Of a DNA stretch of 64,000 bases, positions 20,011 through 30,179 are shown piece by piece. Position numbers and translations under genes: made by a program. The notes under the pieces are model-generated. The model searched no databases and had not been told where the DNA came from. It was given only the letters and a program-made list of their open reading frames with translations. The DNA is from Candidatus Latescibacterota bacterium (GTDB lineage Bacteria > Latescibacterota > UBA2968 > GCA-2709665), in assembly GCA_965219995.1 (NCBI GenBank), contig CBDCOX010000002.1, positions 2,688,001-2,752,000 of the forward strand, given 5' to 3'. The stretch's first letter is position 1. Each line of letters starts with the position of its first letter.

Positions 20011-21027
20011 TCACGGCAGCGGCCGTTCAACCGCCACACTCTTCCCGGTCTGTTCCGCCATGCTGATGGCATCCGAGACGGCCACGGCGGTGATCATGTC
20101 GTCACCCAGCGGATGGGGACGGTGCGTCCGGACCATGTCCCTGACGTATTCGAGGATGACCGCGGAGCCTTCGCACGCGTTGAAGTCGTCGAGGACCAAT
20201 CCCTGGATGGCGCCCTCGGGGCCGAATACGTGAGTGAACATCTCCGTAAAACGAAAGTTGGCAACCCCGCAGTTGATCACCACCCCGTGTTCCGGTCGGC
20301 CGGGCGTGTCGCCGTAGTGAAGATGGTAGACCGTATGGTTGGGCGCTTTCAGGCAACTCACGGATTGGATGCCCGTGCCGAAGACATGGTGGGCGATGGA
20401 AATCGCGTGAATGAGCGCTGCCAGGTGCGTGGAAGCGCAGGTAATGGTGCCGAAGGTCACGCGGCCGACCTCGTCCAGGCGGCGGACCAACTGAACCACC
20501 GCCGGGTTCGTCTGCAGCATGGACAGCGACATGACTGGGGCGTTGTTCGCATCCGCAAGATCCATGATCGCGCGCACGTCGGCAAGGCAATGGGCCATGG
20601 GTTTGTCGATGAAGGTCGGCACGCCTTTTTGAAGGCCCGGTCTGGCCAGTTCCAGGTGATCGGAGCCGTCGTAGTTGCAGTTCGCGATCAGAACGAGGTC
20701 CACGTCGTCGCTCACCTGCTCGAAGCTGTCGCAGACTTTCGGTTGGCCGTAGAAGACGTTCGAGAACATCTCGGCGTTTCGACGCCGTTCGTCCCAGACC
20801 TTCACGATCCGGAAGCCGTCGACGAAGGGCGCGGTCATCCGGGTGGGTTCGCTGTATTTCGTATAGTAGAAATAGTGGGTCCCGCCGCGCTGCCAGGTAT
20901 AGGACATGTCCTCGTCGACCGGCATGGGCACCCTCAGGCGCAGAGGATCGTGCTCGTCCATCTGCGCGCCGAACCACATCCCGTGCATGTCACAGCGGAT
21001 GATTCCCGTGCGGATCTCTTCGGACAT
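20011..21027 (-). CDS. Gfo/Idh/MocA-like oxidoreductase (divergent)
   Basis: VDLVLIA, DHLELA, PTFIDKPMA, IHAI. Confidence 0.72.
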   Translation of the reverse strand: MSEEIRTGIIRCDMHGMWFGAQMDEHDPLRLRVPMPVDEDMSYTWQRGGTHYFYYTKYSEPTRMTAPFVDGFRIVKVWDERRRNAEMFSNVFYGQPKVCDSFEQVSDDVDLVLIANCNYDGSDHLELARPGLQKGVPTFIDKPMAHCLADVRAIMDLADANNAPVMSLSMLQTNPAVVQLVRRLDEVGRVTFGTITCASTHLAALIHAISIAHHVFGTGIQSVSCLKAPNHTVYHLHYGDTPGRPEHGVVINCGVANFRFTEMFTHVFGPEGAIQGLVLDDFNACEGSAVILEYVRDMVRTHRPHPLGDDMITAVAVSDAISMAEQTGKSVAVERPLP

Positions 21028-21160
21028 AACGGGGTATCCTTCAGCGAAGGAATCCGGATAGCGATGAAATGGACGGTTTCATTAATGTTGCGTCAGTGGG
21101 ATGGAATCCCGAACACCGGCGGATGATGGGTAGCTGGCAAGAAGCTATACCCAGCCGTCG

Positions 21161-21300
21161 CGTGGTCATTGAGCTTGTCGAAATGCCCACGCTTCGCCAA
21201 CCTTCGAATGGATCAGGTTCCCAGCTCAGGATGCACAGCCGGACGCCATTCGACAGGCCTTCGCCGACCCTTCGACAAGCTCAGGGAGCGACTCAGGATG
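21161..21300. repeat. REP-like composite element, copy 2 (inverted relative to copy 1)
   Basis: CGTGGTCATTGAGCTTGTCGAAATGCCC ... CCTTCGCCGACCCTTCGACAAGCTCAGGGAGCG. Confidence 0.85.
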
Positions 21301-21386
21301 AAGGGTCAACGCAGGCATTACGCACAATTAACGGAATTCGAGCAGACGAGATAGACGGAATGGCGTCAATTTTCGCGGACAACGCG

Positions 21387-21755
21387 CTACAGTTCCAATG
21401 GGTCGGTCGTGCGGATGACGAAATATTTCCGTACGGGCTCCATCACATGCCAGTACGTCTTGAGTCCCGCGGGAAAGTGGACGGTATCGCCCGGCCCCAG
21501 GGTGTAGCTGTCTCCCCCGTCTTCTTCGATGGCGACACTTCCCTCGAAAACGTGTGCGAACTCGTCCCATCCGAAGGTCCACTCAAACTTGCCTTCGCTG
21601 CATTGCCAGTAGCCGCTGGACACCCTTTTGTCCGCGCTCTGGGTAACAATCGTGCCGTGTGCCGTGGGATCGCCTTCACGAACCCAGTCGGGATCGATGG
21701 GCATGTCGGGCAGATGATCCGGCATCGCGGCGGTCTTCATCTTTAGGTCGCCCAT
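21387..21755 (-). CDS. Cupin_3 (DUF861/EutQ-like) protein
   Basis: WVREGDP, SGYWQCSEG, DEFAHVFEG, GPGD..FPAG, VRKYF. Confidence 0.88.
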   Translation of the reverse strand: MGDLKMKTAAMPDHLPDMPIDPDWVREGDPTAHGTIVTQSADKRVSSGYWQCSEGKFEWTFGWDEFAHVFEGSVAIEEDGGDSYTLGPGDTVHFPAGLKTYWHVMEPVRKYFVIRTTDPLEL

Positions 21756-21785
21756 TTCACACTCCTTTCCTCAGTCGGGATCGAC

Positions 21786-22796
21786 TTACAACGCCAGGAT
21801 TTCCCGCCAGCATTCCTCGTCAACCGGGATACCCAGCTTCAGATTCTCCTCGCGGGTACTGAACATCCGCTCGCCTGGATAGGTCGCCGGTTCATTGCCT
21901 TCGAGGGGCTCGGCGGCGTGAAAATCGGCGAGGGTCTGGTCCACGATTTCCCGCATCCGGTCTCCTGCGACCGCGCCGGCATGGATGGCGATAAAGACCT
22001 GGGAGACGCCGTATTCGGATTCCTCCTGGGCGATCTGGTACGTTGAACGGCCCCCCGAAAGCAGTGATGCGACGAGGTCCAGCGACATCGCGAGTCCGAT
22101 GCCCTTCCAGTGACCGATGGGGAGCGGACGGCGGGCGGCCTGGATGGCGCCGGCGTCGAACGAAAGCGCTCCCTTGTCGTCGTAACCGCCGGGGACGGGG
22201 AGGCGCTGGTTGGCGATGCGGTACCCGTCGAGTTTCCCGTGGGAGTATTGGCTCATCGCCATGTCCAACAGCAAATGACGTCCTCCCGGGCGCGGTATGG
22301 AAAAAACCAGGGGATTGTTGCCCACCTTCCGATCGGCGGAACCGAACGGCGGTATGAGCTGGGTGGTATTCGTCCAGCAGATGCCGATGCACCCTGCGTC
22401 CGCGGCCCGCAGTCCGTAGGTTCCGGCCCGCATCCAGTGATTGGTGTTTCTAAGGGATACGCAACCCATTCCGTGTTCTTTCGCGACTTCAACGGCGCGG
22501 TCCATGCACACGCAGGCGTTGAGGATACCCGGGCCCAGTTTTCCGTCCCACTGCTCCAGTACCCCGAACGCGGCCGATCTCTCGGGCTCGGCGTGGAGGT
22601 CCATGCCCTCGCCCGAACGGGCGTGCCTGATGAACGGCAGGAACCGGTTGACCCCGTGGGAATAGACGCCGTCGCGCGTGGTTTCGGCGAAAATCCTCGC
22701 CAGGCGATCCGCGCGGCTGTTGGCGAAGCCGGTATTGAGCAGGACGCGGCGTAATTCCGCAACCATCATTTCGAAGGGGATGCGGCGCATTTCCAT
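21786..22796 (-). CDS. dlgD: 2,3-diketo-L-gulonate reductase (3-dehydro-L-gulonate 2-dehydrogenase), Ldh_2 family
   Basis: YiaK/DlgD signatures GVYSHGVNRF, LRNTNHWMR.G.YG, CWTN, GNNP, LDMAMSQYS, WKG, SQVFIAI, YPGE. Confidence 0.88.
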   Translation of the reverse strand: MEMRRIPFEMMVAELRRVLLNTGFANSRADRLARIFAETTRDGVYSHGVNRFLPFIRHARSGEGMDLHAEPERSAAFGVLEQWDGKLGPGILNACVCMDRAVEVAKEHGMGCVSLRNTNHWMRAGTYGLRAADAGCIGICWTNTTQLIPPFGSADRKVGNNPLVFSIPRPGGRHLLLDMAMSQYSHGKLDGYRIANQRLPVPGGYDDKGALSFDAGAIQAARRPLPIGHWKGIGLAMSLDLVASLLSGGRSTYQIAQEESEYGVSQVFIAIHAGAVAGDRMREIVDQTLADFHAAEPLEGNEPATYPGERMFSTREENLKLGIPVDEECWREILAL

Positions 22797-22803
22797 ATCG
22801 GTT

Positions 22804-23211
22804 CTAAGCCTTCTCGGTGTACCCCAGAACAACGAGCAGGCACGGGCCTCCCGAGATCACGCCAATGCCCGCTCGTTCAGCCTGATCGACGGCCGCCTCG
22901 CTCTCCGCGCCGGGTTGCATCCAGATGAATTCGACGCCTGCGTCCCCGGCTTCCACAACGATTTGTTCCGTGACTGCCGGCGGTGTGATCACGGAAATTC
23001 GCGCAACGGGTTCGGGAAGCGCGGCGAGATCGGGAAAGGCTCTCCGACCTTCGATTTGCGAAACACCCGGATTGATCGGATACGCCTTCAGGTTGTGCTG
23101 GAGATAGCATCGCAGGACTTTGTTGCCGTACTTGGAGCGGTCCTTCGACGCGCCGACGACGGCGTAGGGTCCGGCCTCGAGAAATGCATCGATCTTTTCG
23201 TCGAGTGTCAC
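22804..23211 (-). CDS. CoA-binding protein (YccU-like)
   Basis: AVVGASKDRSKYG, PINP, WMQPGAES, GPC. Confidence 0.9.
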   Translation of the reverse strand: MTLDEKIDAFLEAGPYAVVGASKDRSKYGNKVLRCYLQHNLKAYPINPGVSQIEGRRAFPDLAALPEPVARISVITPPAVTEQIVVEAGDAGVEFIWMQPGAESEAAVDQAERAGIGVISGGPCLLVVLGYTEKA

Positions 23212-23246
23212 GCTTGATCCTCCGGGTGGCGTGGACTCATGGAAGA

Positions 23247-23699
23247 TTACAGATCTTCATATCGCGGCAGACTGCGCAGGAACCGGTAGCTGCGTTCCTT
23301 GCGGTCAAGTGCGTAACAGTAGTGCGTGATTCCATTGGTCACAATCAGATAGTCGGTTCCCACAGAGGTGTTGTAGCGGGCGATCTGATCGAACGCTTCC
23401 TGTTTGATTTTCACGTCGGGCGCCTTGCATTCGGCCATAAGAACGGGTTCTCCCCTGCCGTTGTGGACGATCACGTCGGCGCGGTGCTGTATTCCCCCAT
23501 ATGCAAAACCGGATTCAATTGCGGTCCGGCCGGCCGGAAAACCCAGATCCTGAACGAGGTGCTGTACCAGATTCTGACGCACCCATTCCTCGGGTGTGAG
23601 TCGCACGTGTTTCCGTCGAAGCGGATCGAAAATCGTCCTTCTCCCGCCGCCGGCGCGAATGTCGAAATCGTACTGACGTGGAAAGTTGAGAGGTTGCAT
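23247..23699 (-). CDS. Stand-alone type I restriction enzyme HsdR N-terminal (HSDR_N_2) domain protein
   Basis: MQPLNFP..IFDPLRRK..TPEEWVRQ, RAD, ECKAP, QIARYN, TNG. Confidence 0.88.
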   Translation of the reverse strand: MQPLNFPRQYDFDIRAGGGRRTIFDPLRRKHVRLTPEEWVRQNLVQHLVQDLGFPAGRTAIESGFAYGGIQHRADVIVHNGRGEPVLMAECKAPDVKIKQEAFDQIARYNTSVGTDYLIVTNGITHYCYALDRKERSYRFLRSLPRYEDL

Positions 23700-23806
23700 A
23701 GGAATCGGACCGAAGCACGGCGCCCCGGCGGCCGGAGACGTTCGTATCACCTGCCGGCCGAGTCGCGCCGAACCGGTCAGTCCCCCTGGGACGCCGCTGT
23801 CCGCCG

Positions 23807-24967
23807 TCAGCGGGCATGCCAGAGACCGGGGCGTTCGATGTGGCGGCGGACCGTGTCCAGGAAGCGGGCGGCAGGACCTCCGTCCACGACACGGTGGTCG
23901 AAGGTGAGGCTCAGGGCGACCATGTCGCGAGGCACGATGCGTCCCTGGAATACGGCCGGTTTCGCGACAATCCGGCCCACCCCGAGAATGGCGCATTGCG
24001 GCAGATTGATGATGGGGGTAAACGCGTCGATTCCGTACGCGCCAAGGTTCGTAACCGTGAACGTACCGCCCCGGAGATGTTCCGGGCCCAGGTCACCCTG
24101 CCTCGCCTTCTGGACGAGGTCCGAGGTTTCGCGGGCGAGATCGGGCAGGTCTCTGGCGCCCGCGTTCGTGATGACGGGAACGAAAAGGCCGGCGTGGGTA
24201 TCCACGGCAATGCCGATGTGGATCTCCTCGTGCCTGCGGACGGACCCGTCCTGCCAGGAGGCGTTCAGGTCGGGATGGTCGGCGAGCGCGAGGGCGGTCA
24301 CTTTTACGAAGAGATCGTTGTACGTCAGCAAGGGAATGTCGAGTTCCGCGCGCAATGCAACGAAGTCCGTCGCATCGGCATCGGTGGAGAGCGTCACGGG
24401 CGCGGTCTCGGTGTGGCTCTCGGTCAGCCGCCGCGCGATGGTCCGACGTACGGTGCCTTCGAGTACGCTCTCCGGCTGCGCCGGGACCGCGGCCCGGACG
24501 TCGCGCTCGACAATACGGCCGTTTCGACCGCTGCCCTGGAGCGTGTTCCAGTCGACACCCAGTTCCTCTGCCAGGCGGAGAGCCCTCGGGCTGATCGCGG
24601 ACCGGCTCTTTCTTCCTTGCGGTCGATCTTTGCGAGTCCGCGAGCGGGTGGGTTCGCGCGGCCCGGATTCTGTTTCGTGTCCGACCTCCGGCTTCGCGGG
24701 CGCCTCCACGGGAGGCGCTTCGCCGGGACCGAGCAGGTAGCCCAGTATGGCGCCGATCGGCAATGTGTCGCCGGGCGAGGGCGCGTCGGGCGGAATATAC
24801 AGGGTTCCGCTGTCGAAGGACTCGATTTCGTTGATCGCTTTGTCGCTCTCAACGGTAAAGATGATGTCTCCGGACTCGATCCGATCCCCGGTCTGCTTGA
24901 GCCATTCGACCAGGGTGCCTTCCTCCATGGTCCATCCCAGGCGCGGCATGACGATTTCTGTGGGCAT
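23807..24967 (-). CDS. 2-oxoacid/acetoin dehydrogenase complex E2 (dihydrolipoamide acyltransferase)
   Basis: Lipoyl VESDKA, E3-binding ISPRA..G(S)GRNGRI, TNLG, FTPIIN, DHRVVDG. Confidence 0.93.
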   Translation of the reverse strand: MPTEIVMPRLGWTMEEGTLVEWLKQTGDRIESGDIIFTVESDKAINEIESFDSGTLYIPPDAPSPGDTLPIGAILGYLLGPGEAPPVEAPAKPEVGHETESGPREPTRSRTRKDRPQGRKSRSAISPRALRLAEELGVDWNTLQGSGRNGRIVERDVRAAVPAQPESVLEGTVRRTIARRLTESHTETAPVTLSTDADATDFVALRAELDIPLLTYNDLFVKVTALALADHPDLNASWQDGSVRRHEEIHIGIAVDTHAGLFVPVITNAGARDLPDLARETSDLVQKARQGDLGPEHLRGGTFTVTNLGAYGIDAFTPIINLPQCAILGVGRIVAKPAVFQGRIVPRDMVALSLTFDHRVVDGGPAARFLDTVRRHIERPGLWHAR

Positions 24968-24995
24968 GGAGATCTTCCTTCAGCAGCGTCCGCGA

Positions 24996-25973
24996 CTATT
25001 CTTCCATCAGGTCGCGGATGGCCTGCGAAATTGTCTCCGCCTCGGGCAGGCAGGCAGCCTCGAGGGGGGCGCTGTACGGCGTGGGGACATGCGCGCCGTT
25101 GAGGCGGCTTACCGGTGCGTCCAGGTCGTCGAACGCCAGGCTCTGAACCTGGGCGGCGATTTCGGCGCCGATGCCGCATGGACCGAAGGCTTCGTCCACG
25201 ATGAGCAGACGCCCGGTCTTCCGGACGGATTCCAGAATCGATTCCATATCCAGCGGCGCCACGGTGCGCGGGTCGATGAGCTCGACGGAGATGCCCTCCG
25301 CAGCGAGCTGGCCGCAGAGTCTCCAGGTGATCGGAACCATATTGGCGAGTGCGACAACGGTGATGTCACCGCCCTCGCGGCGGACCTCGGCCCGCCCGAA
25401 GGGGATGGCGTACGGCGTTTCGGGCACCGGACCTCGATGGTTGAGGATGGATTTGTGTTCGAGGAAGAGTACGGGATCATCGCCTTCCAGGGCAGTCTTG
25501 AACAGGCCCTTGGCGTCGTACGGCGTGGCAGGCAGGGCAACGCGGAAGCCCGGCAGGTGTGCGAAAACGGGATAGTAGTTTCCCGAGTGGTGGGTGGCGG
25601 CGGCGCCTCCGATACCCACGCAGCCCCGCAGGACAACGGGCATGGACAGGCGGCCGCTGCTCATGTACTGCATCTTGGCAACCTGGTTGACCATCTCGCC
25701 GAAGCCGTCCAGGATGAAGTCGATGAACATGAAGTCCACCACGGGCCGCGCGCCGGCCATGGCCGCGCCCGTGCAGAGCCCGATAAAGCCCCGCTCGCAA
25801 ATCGGGGTATCGCACACTCGCATGGGACCGTAGCGTTCGTAGAGTCCAGTGGTCGTGTTGAAGTTGCCGCCGCGTTCGCCCACGCCTTCGCCCACGACGA
25901 ATATGGTCGGGTCCGCAGCCATGGCATCGGACAGGGCTTCGCGTGCGGCTTCGGTGAACGTGATCTCACGCAT
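24996..25973 (-). CDS. 2-oxoacid/acetoin dehydrogenase E1 beta subunit
   Basis: DTPICE, DFMF, HHS, DPVLFLEHK, IDPRT. Confidence 0.93.
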   Translation of the reverse strand: MREITFTEAAREALSDAMAADPTIFVVGEGVGERGGNFNTTTGLYERYGPMRVCDTPICERGFIGLCTGAAMAGARPVVDFMFIDFILDGFGEMVNQVAKMQYMSSGRLSMPVVLRGCVGIGGAAATHHSGNYYPVFAHLPGFRVALPATPYDAKGLFKTALEGDDPVLFLEHKSILNHRGPVPETPYAIPFGRAEVRREGGDITVVALANMVPITWRLCGQLAAEGISVELIDPRTVAPLDMESILESVRKTGRLLIVDEAFGPCGIGAEIAAQVQSLAFDDLDAPVSRLNGAHVPTPYSAPLEAACLPEAETISQAIRDLMEE

Positions 25974-26955
25974 GGTTCGCCCCCGCTCCACCGAAGACGT
26001 GGTCCGTTACCGTGGCGGGGTCCGGCCACGGGCTCTTCCTGGCGAACTCGACGCCCTCTTCGACCGCGGATCGGACCTCGCTTTCGATTTCGTCGAGGGT
26101 CTCCCTGTCGGCGATAGCACCCTCCATCAGTTTTCCTGCGAGCAACGCGATCGGGTCTCTCTCTCTCCAGGCGTCCACTTCGTCCCGCGTGCGGTAACCG
26201 GTATCCCGCATCCCCTCCGCGTGCGGCCGGGTGCGGTAGGTCTTGCAGTCCAGCAGCGTAGGGCCGCCGCCTTCCCGCGCGCGAAGGACGGCGTCGCCGG
26301 CTTTATCATAGACGTCGAGGACGTCGTTTCCGTCAACCCGAACGCCGGTGACGCCGTAGCCCTCCGCGCGTTCGGCGATATTCGTATTGCGTGTGGCGTA
26401 TTCAAAGGCGACTTCGGTGGCGTACCGGTTGTCTTCCAGGACGAAGATAACGGGCAACTGCCAGATGGCGGCCATGTTCAGGCCTTCGTGAAAGGCGCCG
26501 TTGTTGACGCCGCCGTCGCCGAAAAAGGCCACGCTGACGCGATCGGTTTCGAGCATCCTGAACGTATACGCTGCGCCGGCGGCTTGTAGGATGCTGGGTC
26601 CCACGATGCCGCTGGTACCCATCAGCCCGATTTCCGGCGAGAACAGGTGCATGCTGCCGCCCCGCCCGCGGGCGCACCCGGTGGACTTGCCGTAGAGTTC
26701 GGCGATGAGTTCGCGTATGGGCACGCCCTTGGCGAGCGCGTGGCCGTGGCCCCGATGGGTGCTGAAAATCGTGTCATCGGTGCGCAGGTGGGCGCAAACG
26801 CCTGCCGCGATGGCCTCCTCGCCCACGTACGTGTGGCAGGCCCCCGGGATGAGTCCGGCCTGGTACGACCTGGCAATCTGCTCCTCGGTACGTCGGATCG
26901 TGAGCATCTGCCGGTGAAGAGAAAGGAGTTGCCCGGTACTGAGGTCGCCTGGCAT
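25966..26955 (-). CDS. 2-oxoacid/acetoin dehydrogenase E1 alpha subunit (TPP-dependent)
   Basis: HTYVGEEA, STHRGHGH, GRGGSMH, GDG...N TPP motif, TYR..H. Confidence 0.93.
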   Translation of the reverse strand: MPGDLSTGQLLSLHRQMLTIRRTEEQIARSYQAGLIPGACHTYVGEEAIAAGVCAHLRTDDTIFSTHRGHGHALAKGVPIRELIAELYGKSTGCARGRGGSMHLFSPEIGLMGTSGIVGPSILQAAGAAYTFRMLETDRVSVAFFGDGGVNNGAFHEGLNMAAIWQLPVIFVLEDNRYATEVAFEYATRNTNIAERAEGYGVTGVRVDGNDVLDVYDKAGDAVLRAREGGGPTLLDCKTYRTRPHAEGMRDTGYRTRDEVDAWRERDPIALLAGKLMEGAIADRETLDEIESEVRSAVEEGVEFARKSPWPDPATVTDHVFGGAGANHA

Positions 26956-27000
26956 GAAGGTCCCCTGCCTTGTAGATGGGGTGACGGGGATGGAACTCCG

Positions 27001-27813
27001 CTATCCGCTGACGATCGGGCCGCCGGGATAGGTGCCTCCCGCGTTCATCGCGAGGTTTCCGCCGTCCATGGGCAACATCACCCCGGTGACCCACGCCGAC
27101 GCGTCGGATGCCAGGAAGATGGAAACGCCCACGATATCCTCCGGCTCGCCGAACCGGCCGGACGGAATGCCGCCCAGCCACGTGTCGGCCATGCGTGGTT
27201 CGGCCCGCAAGCGCTTTTCCAGGAACGGATTCATGACCTGGGCGGGCAGAATGGCGTTCACGCGCACGCCGCGGCTGCTCCATTCCGTACTGAGCTCCCG
27301 GGTCATCTGCGCGACGGCGCCCATGCCGATGCTGTACGCGACGTGGCCCCGCCCGATCGCGGTCACGCTGGCGAGAGAGCCGATGTTGATAATGCTGCCC
27401 TTGCCCGCGGCGAGCATGCGTCTGCCTCCCTCCTGGCAGCTGCAGAATCGCGCGATGACCAGAGACTGCATGCTCTCCTGAAGCTGATCCAGGGAAAGGT
27501 CCTCCGGCTTGCCCAGCATGGTGGCGCCGGCGACGTTGCCCAGGACGTGGATGCGGCCGAATTCCTTGTCCAGCCGGGAGAACATCCCGCGGACCTGGTC
27601 GACGTCCGATACGTCGCACCGCACGGGAATGGCGCGGCGGCCCAACGATTCGATCTCGTGGGCGGTTTCCTGCGCACCGGGCTCGTTGATGTCCGCCAGG
27701 ACGAGATCCGCGCCGGATTCCGCGAATCCGATGGCCATCGCCCTGCCCATGCCGGCGGCCGCGCCCGTTACGAGGGCAACGCGGTCGGTGAGATCGAAGA
27801 TTGGATGCGACAT
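27001..27813 (-). CDS. SDR family oxidoreductase
   Basis: TGAAAGMG, GSIINIGS, RVNAI, DGG; the active-site motif reads YSIGM rather than YxxxK. Confidence 0.88.
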   Translation of the reverse strand: MSHPIFDLTDRVALVTGAAAGMGRAMAIGFAESGADLVLADINEPGAQETAHEIESLGRRAIPVRCDVSDVDQVRGMFSRLDKEFGRIHVLGNVAGATMLGKPEDLSLDQLQESMQSLVIARFCSCQEGGRRMLAAGKGSIINIGSLASVTAIGRGHVAYSIGMGAVAQMTRELSTEWSSRGVRVNAILPAQVMNPFLEKRLRAEPRMADTWLGGIPSGRFGEPEDIVGVSIFLASDASAWVTGVMLPMDGGNLAMNAGGTYPGGPIVSG

Positions 27814-27860
27814 GTTGGATCTCCGTTTATGCGGCGTTGGTGCCCTGTCCGTTGCTTCTG

Positions 27861-28226
27861 TTATTCGCCCAGGTACGCGACGGCGTCGATTTCGACGAGG
27901 ATGCCTTTATACATGTCGCCCGCGCCCACCAGACGCCGGGTGGGCATCCGGCTTTTGTTGTTGAAATACCGCATATACGTGCGATTGAAATCATCCCTGT
28001 CGGCCATGTCCAGGAGGAAGACGTTGACGCGGACGACGTCGTCGAACGAGGCGCCTTCGCTTTCCAGCACCCGCACCATGTTGTCCATGGTAAAGACGGT
28101 CTGTTCTTCGATATCCGCGCCGACGACCTCTCCGCCCTCGACCGGCCCGAAGCCGGAGAGGAAAAGCATATCGCCGGCGCGCCTGGACATGGAGTAGAAG
28201 GGTTCGGGGCTTACCTTTTCGGACAT
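27861..28226 (-). CDS. RidA/YjgF family protein
   Basis: YS, LFLSG, VFL.DM..FN..Y, PTR, VEIDAVA. Confidence 0.9.
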   Translation of the reverse strand: MSEKVSPEPFYSMSRRAGDMLFLSGFGPVEGGEVVGADIEEQTVFTMDNMVRVLESEGASFDDVVRVNVFLLDMADRDDFNRTYMRYFNNKSRMPTRRLVGAGDMYKGILVEIDAVAYLGE

Positions 28227-28328
28227 GGTTTCGACCTCCTGACGTTATGCATTGCCGTGCCGCGGAAACGTTCGGATCGGCAATGGAGATTCGTCTGCGC
28301 CGGGCGTTGGGTTCCGAGTGCGGCCCTT

Positions 28329-29426
28329 TCAATTCCCATTGGCGAGCACCTCATCCCTTCGATGATCGAACAGCGAGGGATCGTGTTCCTCCAGCTGGAT
28401 CCGGGGGCGTACGCCGGTGTTGACGACGTTGTCGGGATGGGGCCAGCGGCCGCTGAGCACCGAGACGAGGTTCTCCACACCGGTGATTGCCACTTCCCGG
28501 GTAGCCTGGACGGAGAGACCCGAGATATGCGGGGTGAGCATGACGTTATCGAGCCTTGCCAGCGCATGGTCCGGCGGAAACTCGTTCTCTCCGAAGATTT
28601 CGATGTCGTCGAAGGTGTCCAGAGCGGCGCCTGCCAGATGGCCGCTCCGAAGAAGGCCGGCGAGCGCGCCTTCGTCCGTGATCGCGCCGCGGCAGGTGTT
28701 GATGAAGAAGGAGCCGGGTTTCATTTTCCTCAGGTTCGACCCGTCCAGCAGACGATAGGTGTCGGGCGCGAGCGGCAGGTGCAGGGAGACGAAATCCGAG
28801 GTCTTCAGCAGCGTGTCCAGGTCCACCATTCGGACGCCCAGGGCGTTTGCCTCGTCCCGCGGGGCGCGCATGTTTTTCCGCGTGGCCTGGATGTTGAGGC
28901 CGAAGGGACGTGCGCGCTCCACAACGGCCCTGGCGGAAGCGCCGAAACCGATCAGTCCCAGGACTTTTCCCGATATGCGATGAAGCCGGAGGCCTTCGTC
29001 CCGCGCCCGCTGGTATGCGCCCGCGTAAAAATGCCGCGACATTTTCGGGATCTGCCGGGCGAGGCTGAGCAGGCAGGCCATCACGTGGTCGGCCATCTCT
29101 TCGTTGCAGAAGGAAGGGACGTTGGAGACCATGATGCCCTCTTGGGTGGCGGTCTCGACGTCGATCTTATCCGTTCCGTTGCCCAGCCGGGAGATGATCG
29201 TACACCTGCAGAGGCTCTTGATGACCGCCTCAGGAAGCGAAGCCGAGACGACGGCGAGCGCATCGCAGTCCGCAATGCGTGCAATAATGTCGTCCGGTTC
29301 GTAGGCGTCCACGGGCACGGGCGTGATCCCGTAATGCCTGTAGAGCGCAGCCTCGGTTGGACTGATCTCGATGACTTCCGCATTGAGGCGCGCGAATCGG
29401 ACGTGCCCGAAACCGGTGGATGACAT
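28329..29426 (-). CDS. D-isomer-specific 2-hydroxyacid dehydrogenase (SerA/CtBP-like)
   Basis: LGLIGFG, SLHLPL, MKPG..FINTCRG, AALD, TPHISG. Confidence 0.9.
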   Translation of the reverse strand: MSSTGFGHVRFARLNAEVIEISPTEAALYRHYGITPVPVDAYEPDDIIARIADCDALAVVSASLPEAVIKSLCRCTIISRLGNGTDKIDVETATQEGIMVSNVPSFCNEEMADHVMACLLSLARQIPKMSRHFYAGAYQRARDEGLRLHRISGKVLGLIGFGASARAVVERARPFGLNIQATRKNMRAPRDEANALGVRMVDLDTLLKTSDFVSLHLPLAPDTYRLLDGSNLRKMKPGSFFINTCRGAITDEGALAGLLRSGHLAGAALDTFDDIEIFGENEFPPDHALARLDNVMLTPHISGLSVQATREVAITGVENLVSVLSGRWPHPDNVVNTGVRPRIQLEEHDPSLFDHRRDEVLANGN

Positions 29427-29499
29427 CGGATTGACTGACGGCAAATGAAGGGCTATTTTGGTCGATCAGCGAATTCTGCGGCGTGCGTGCAACCTGCCG

Positions 29500-29892
29500 C
29501 TAAGGTGAAAACAAAAGCAGTCCCGACACGGATGCAAAGTGGCCATGCATTGAGACCAGTCGCAAACCGTGCTCCATGGCCTGCGCCGCGATCCAGATAT
29601 CGTTCGTTGGGATCGGGGTTCCGGCGCTCCTCAACCGGTTGAGGATCTCGGCGTAGAATTCGGCCGTATCCTCACTGACGCGGTATATCGACACGCGCGG
29701 CGTATCGAGAAATTCGGCCAGCTCATCGCGGTTCTCGCGCTCCCGGGCGCCGCTCTTGAATCCCGACAGCAGTTCCCCGATACTGATCGAACTCATCGCG
29801 ATACGCGAAGCTCGCTGAAGCAGAGACACAACCGCCGGTTCCGCACGCATGGCGTGCGAGTAGATATTGGTATCGATCAGGTATTCGTTCAC
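29500..29892 (-). CDS. vapC: VapC PIN-domain toxin
   Basis: LIDTNI, GEL, PIPTNDIWIAA; GTGA overlap with the antitoxin stop. Confidence 0.92.
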   Translation of the reverse strand: MNEYLIDTNIYSHAMRAEPAVVSLLQRASRIAMSSISIGELLSGFKSGARERENRDELAEFLDTPRVSIYRVSEDTAEFYAEILNRLRSAGTPIPTNDIWIAAQAMEHGLRLVSMHGHFASVSGLLLFSP

Positions 29893-30161
29893 CGCCACAG
29901 TTCCGGATCAATCCGCCGCTCGGAATCGATCTTCTGCTGAATCCGGTTGAACTCATCCTCATCCCAGCGTCCGAACAGGTGATCAAGATCGTGATGGATC
30001 TCGGTGAACCGACGGGATCTGTCCAGTCCGAACTGGCTGCGCAGCGCGTCCAGCACCGTCTGGTTCACGCTCTTGCCATCCCGTGCGGCCGCATCCTTCA
30101 ACTCGGCGGCAAGCCGGGGATCCAGCCCGCGCAGGGTCATGCTCTTCGAAGCCTTCGCCAA
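29889..30161 (-). CDS. VapB/FitA-like ribbon-helix-helix antitoxin
   Basis: MTLRGLD..L...A...GKSVNQ, DLDHLFGRW, RIDPELW; TTG start after AAGGAG (alternative ATG 30140). Confidence 0.85.
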   Translation of the reverse strand: MAKASKSMTLRGLDPRLAAELKDAAARDGKSVNQTVLDALRSQFGLDRSRRFTEIHHDLDHLFGRWDEDEFNRIQQKIDSERRIDPELWR

Positions 30162-30179
30162 GGCATGCTCCTTCTCAAA

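Noticed and set aside
23247-23699. Type I restriction-modification system
   Set aside because: Only a stand-alone HsdR N-terminal domain is present; no helicase, hsdM or hsdS in the window
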